From: Klebsormidium nitens
Lineage: Eukaryota > Plantae > Klebsormidiophyceae
Assembly: GCA_000708835.1 (NCBI GenBank)
Contig: DF236976.1
Location: 124,001 to 188,000, forward strand
Reading direction: 5' to 3'
Length of the DNA stretch: 64,000 nucleotides
The notes beneath the pieces were generated by a model, which made no database searches, was not told the origin of the DNA, and saw only the letters and a program-made list of their open reading frames with translations. How positions within the stretch are numbered: the stretch's first letter is position 1; the number at the start of each line of letters is the position of its first letter. Positions 62,401 to 64,000 of this stretch are shown piece after piece. A program made the position numbers and the translations under genes.

Positions 62401-64000
62401 CTTATAGCCTGTCCCCAACACTGCGAACTCCCAAACCTTCAGACCCCAAAGCTAAAAAAGCTGGAAAAGCATAACCTCAAAAGCTGATTCTTCGCTCGAG
62501 GAGGCAGTAGTACCTCGGGCCCGGTTTCCACGTCGTCCCCATGCGCTCTCCGTTTCAGCAGGTCCTGCATCCGCTTCTGCGTGAGCGTCGCGTCGGAGCC
62601 CTCGATGTGCGCCAGGCACTGCTCCAACAGCTGGTATGCTGCGTCGGTCACATCGCCCAGCAGCTGGCGCGACTTCTTGTGGCACTGCCGCATGTGGCTG
62701 GGTGAGGGAACGAGGAGAGAAGACTTAGAAGCTTTGTGAGATTCAGTCCACTTATGCTAGGCTGCTCCTGCGACTTCTTGTGGCGCTGCCGCATGTGGCT
62801 GGGGAGAAGAAGCAGAAACAGGGATGAGTCATCATCAAGTATTATTGCTGAAGGGGCCTAAGGCAATTATCGATATGGAAAGCTAGCTCCAGCAAAGAAA
62901 TGCAACCCTCCTCACAGAGCGAAAGGCAAAGTACATCTCAGAGCCTCTTGACACAAGCAGCCAGAGCAGGCTTCTAGCTAGTCGGGGGGAAACTGAAAGC
63001 AAGCCTCTTGAAACAAGCAGCCACAGCAGCCTCCTAGCTAGTTGGCGAAGTAACGAGCCGCACCTCTGCACCTTTTCTAAGCGTCCTAGACCAAAGAGGA
63101 AGAGGGACCGCTTGAACGCCTCCCGTTCCGGATCCGTCCACGGGGCTTGGCTTCGTGGGGCATCGATCGGCCCAGTCTCGACCGAGGCCGCCAGCTCGTT
63201 CTGGATCATGCGCCGCATCTTGGCGAGGTCCTGACGTCAGCAAAGGCTGGGTTAAGTGAGGCACTAGTAGGCCGGAATCCCAATCTCAGATCCTTTCTCC
63301 GAGTGAGTGACCGGTGATCCACGCAACTCTATGGAACGCCCGAAGATGATTTGGTGACAGCTGGATTATTTAAGTTCGTAAGGAAGAGGCGACCTTTGAC
63401 AGTTTGCACAGCTGCCGTTGCGTCTTCAAGGCAGGCAGAATTGCTCACAATTACCAGATTACGTAAGCTGATCGTCTTCGACTGAGATAAGTTCTCTCGC
63501 ACACAACAAGTATCAAACACTCTATTGCCCTTGGATGCCCTCCCGACTCAAAGCCGTCAACAGAGCATGTCGGATGGCAGGCAACAAGATTCTGGCTGGC
63601 CACAAGCTACCGACCACTTTGAATTTGAAGCAGACGGGCCAATGGAAAGGCCATTGGTGAGAAGAATTGCTTCACGAGCAATTGTGTCGCAGCCCCAAGT
63701 ATGCTCACCTCCTCTTCAGGCGTTAAGAAAAGCACGGTCTGTCCTTCTTGCCCCTCGTCCCCTGGCTTCACGTACTTGCCGTGCGTTTTGGCCACCCCCT
63801 TATCTTTCCTCGTCTTCCGTCGCCGCACCAGCACTCCCTCCGCATTTTCCGTCACATCCTCTTCCCCCTCAGACGATTGCCTCCGCCTTTTCTCCTTGAG
63901 CTTCTTCCGTCGTATGACGATGTTTCCGGACTGCCCCCTCATGAACAGATTGCCGTCCTCGGACTTCTGCCACAGGCGCTTGGGACCTGAGGAAAGCTTG
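56463..64000 (-). CDS. CHD chromatin remodeller, subfamily III (CHD6-9/Kismet-like), C-terminal half; 5'-partial
   Basis: SANT-like PWTDPEREAFKRSLFLFGLGR; KPATWWTRNADIALMVGVYRHGYANYDAVRVDPEV; second copy DLPRWWQAGLHDREFSLGVIKHGIGNWAAIGGDPSLAF; WPASVPLTLRLKRLI; WSKKEKQDLVRALTAFGLP; acidic and basic low-complexity linkers; stop at 56463. The chromodomains and ATPase would lie beyond the window end. Confidence 0.85.
61852..61893. repeat. Perfect 21-bp tandem duplication at an intron acceptor of the CHD gene
   Basis: gggaagaagtaagataggcgc x2; on the - strand this is the polypyrimidine tract directly before CAG|. Confidence 0.9.
62670..62800 (-). repeat. Duplicated splice acceptor plus about 28 nt of exon start, 101 nt apart
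   Basis: - strand cccag|ccacatgcggcagcgccacaagaagtcgc (exon start 62798) versus cccag|ccacatgcggcagtgccacaagaagtcgc (exon start 62697). Confidence 0.85.
62941..63050. repeat. Imperfect 60-bp tandem duplication in a CHD intron
   Basis: gagcctcttgacacaagcagccagagcaggcttctagctagt at 62941 versus aagcctcttgaaacaagcagccacagcagcctcctagctagt at 63001. Confidence 0.85.

Noticed and set aside
1-64000. Autonomous transposons, viral inserts, CRISPR arrays, rRNA, selenoprotein UGA readthrough
   Set aside because: No RT, integrase, transposase or capsid motifs, no repeat-spacer arrays, no rRNA-like sequence, and no in-frame TGA in the assembled exons.

Overview
Eukaryotic, intron-rich, GC-balanced nuclear DNA. 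The gene set and style point to a streptophyte alga, probably Klebsormidium-like (inference). Most entries in the ORF track are exon fragments or antisense noise, so I assembled spliced models by eye from GT-AG junctions and reading-frame continuity. In order: (1) the 3' part of a membrane-anchored protein, possibly an alpha/beta-hydrolase (+, 329-5171); (2) two tandem universal stress protein genes (-); (3) a 12-exon monofunctional heme catalase of bacterial clade-3 type, whose inferred first exon encodes a chloroplast-transit-peptide-like extension (-, 13333-19879); (4) a divergently transcribed LEA/hydrophilin-like gene (+); (5) an ITPK4-type inositol phosphate kinase with no apparent HAD domain (-); (6) a large secreted G8 + TMEM2/CEMIP-type beta-helix protein with a bacterial-type C-terminal jelly-roll module (+, 27689-38750); (7) PRA1.H (-); (8) a THEM4-like hotdog thioesterase (+); (9) a frameshifted intronless F-box/LRR gene (+); (10) a ZMYND15/MSS51-like gene (-); (11) tRNA-Ser(GCT) (+); (12) the 3' half of a CHD6-9/Kismet-type chromatin remodeller (-). 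The best candidate for an undescribed system is the USP-USP-catalase/LEA block (6.3-22.1 kb), an apparent desiccation/oxidative-stress cluster centred on a putatively plastid-targeted bacterial-type catalase. All family assignments come from motif recall; no database searches were run.
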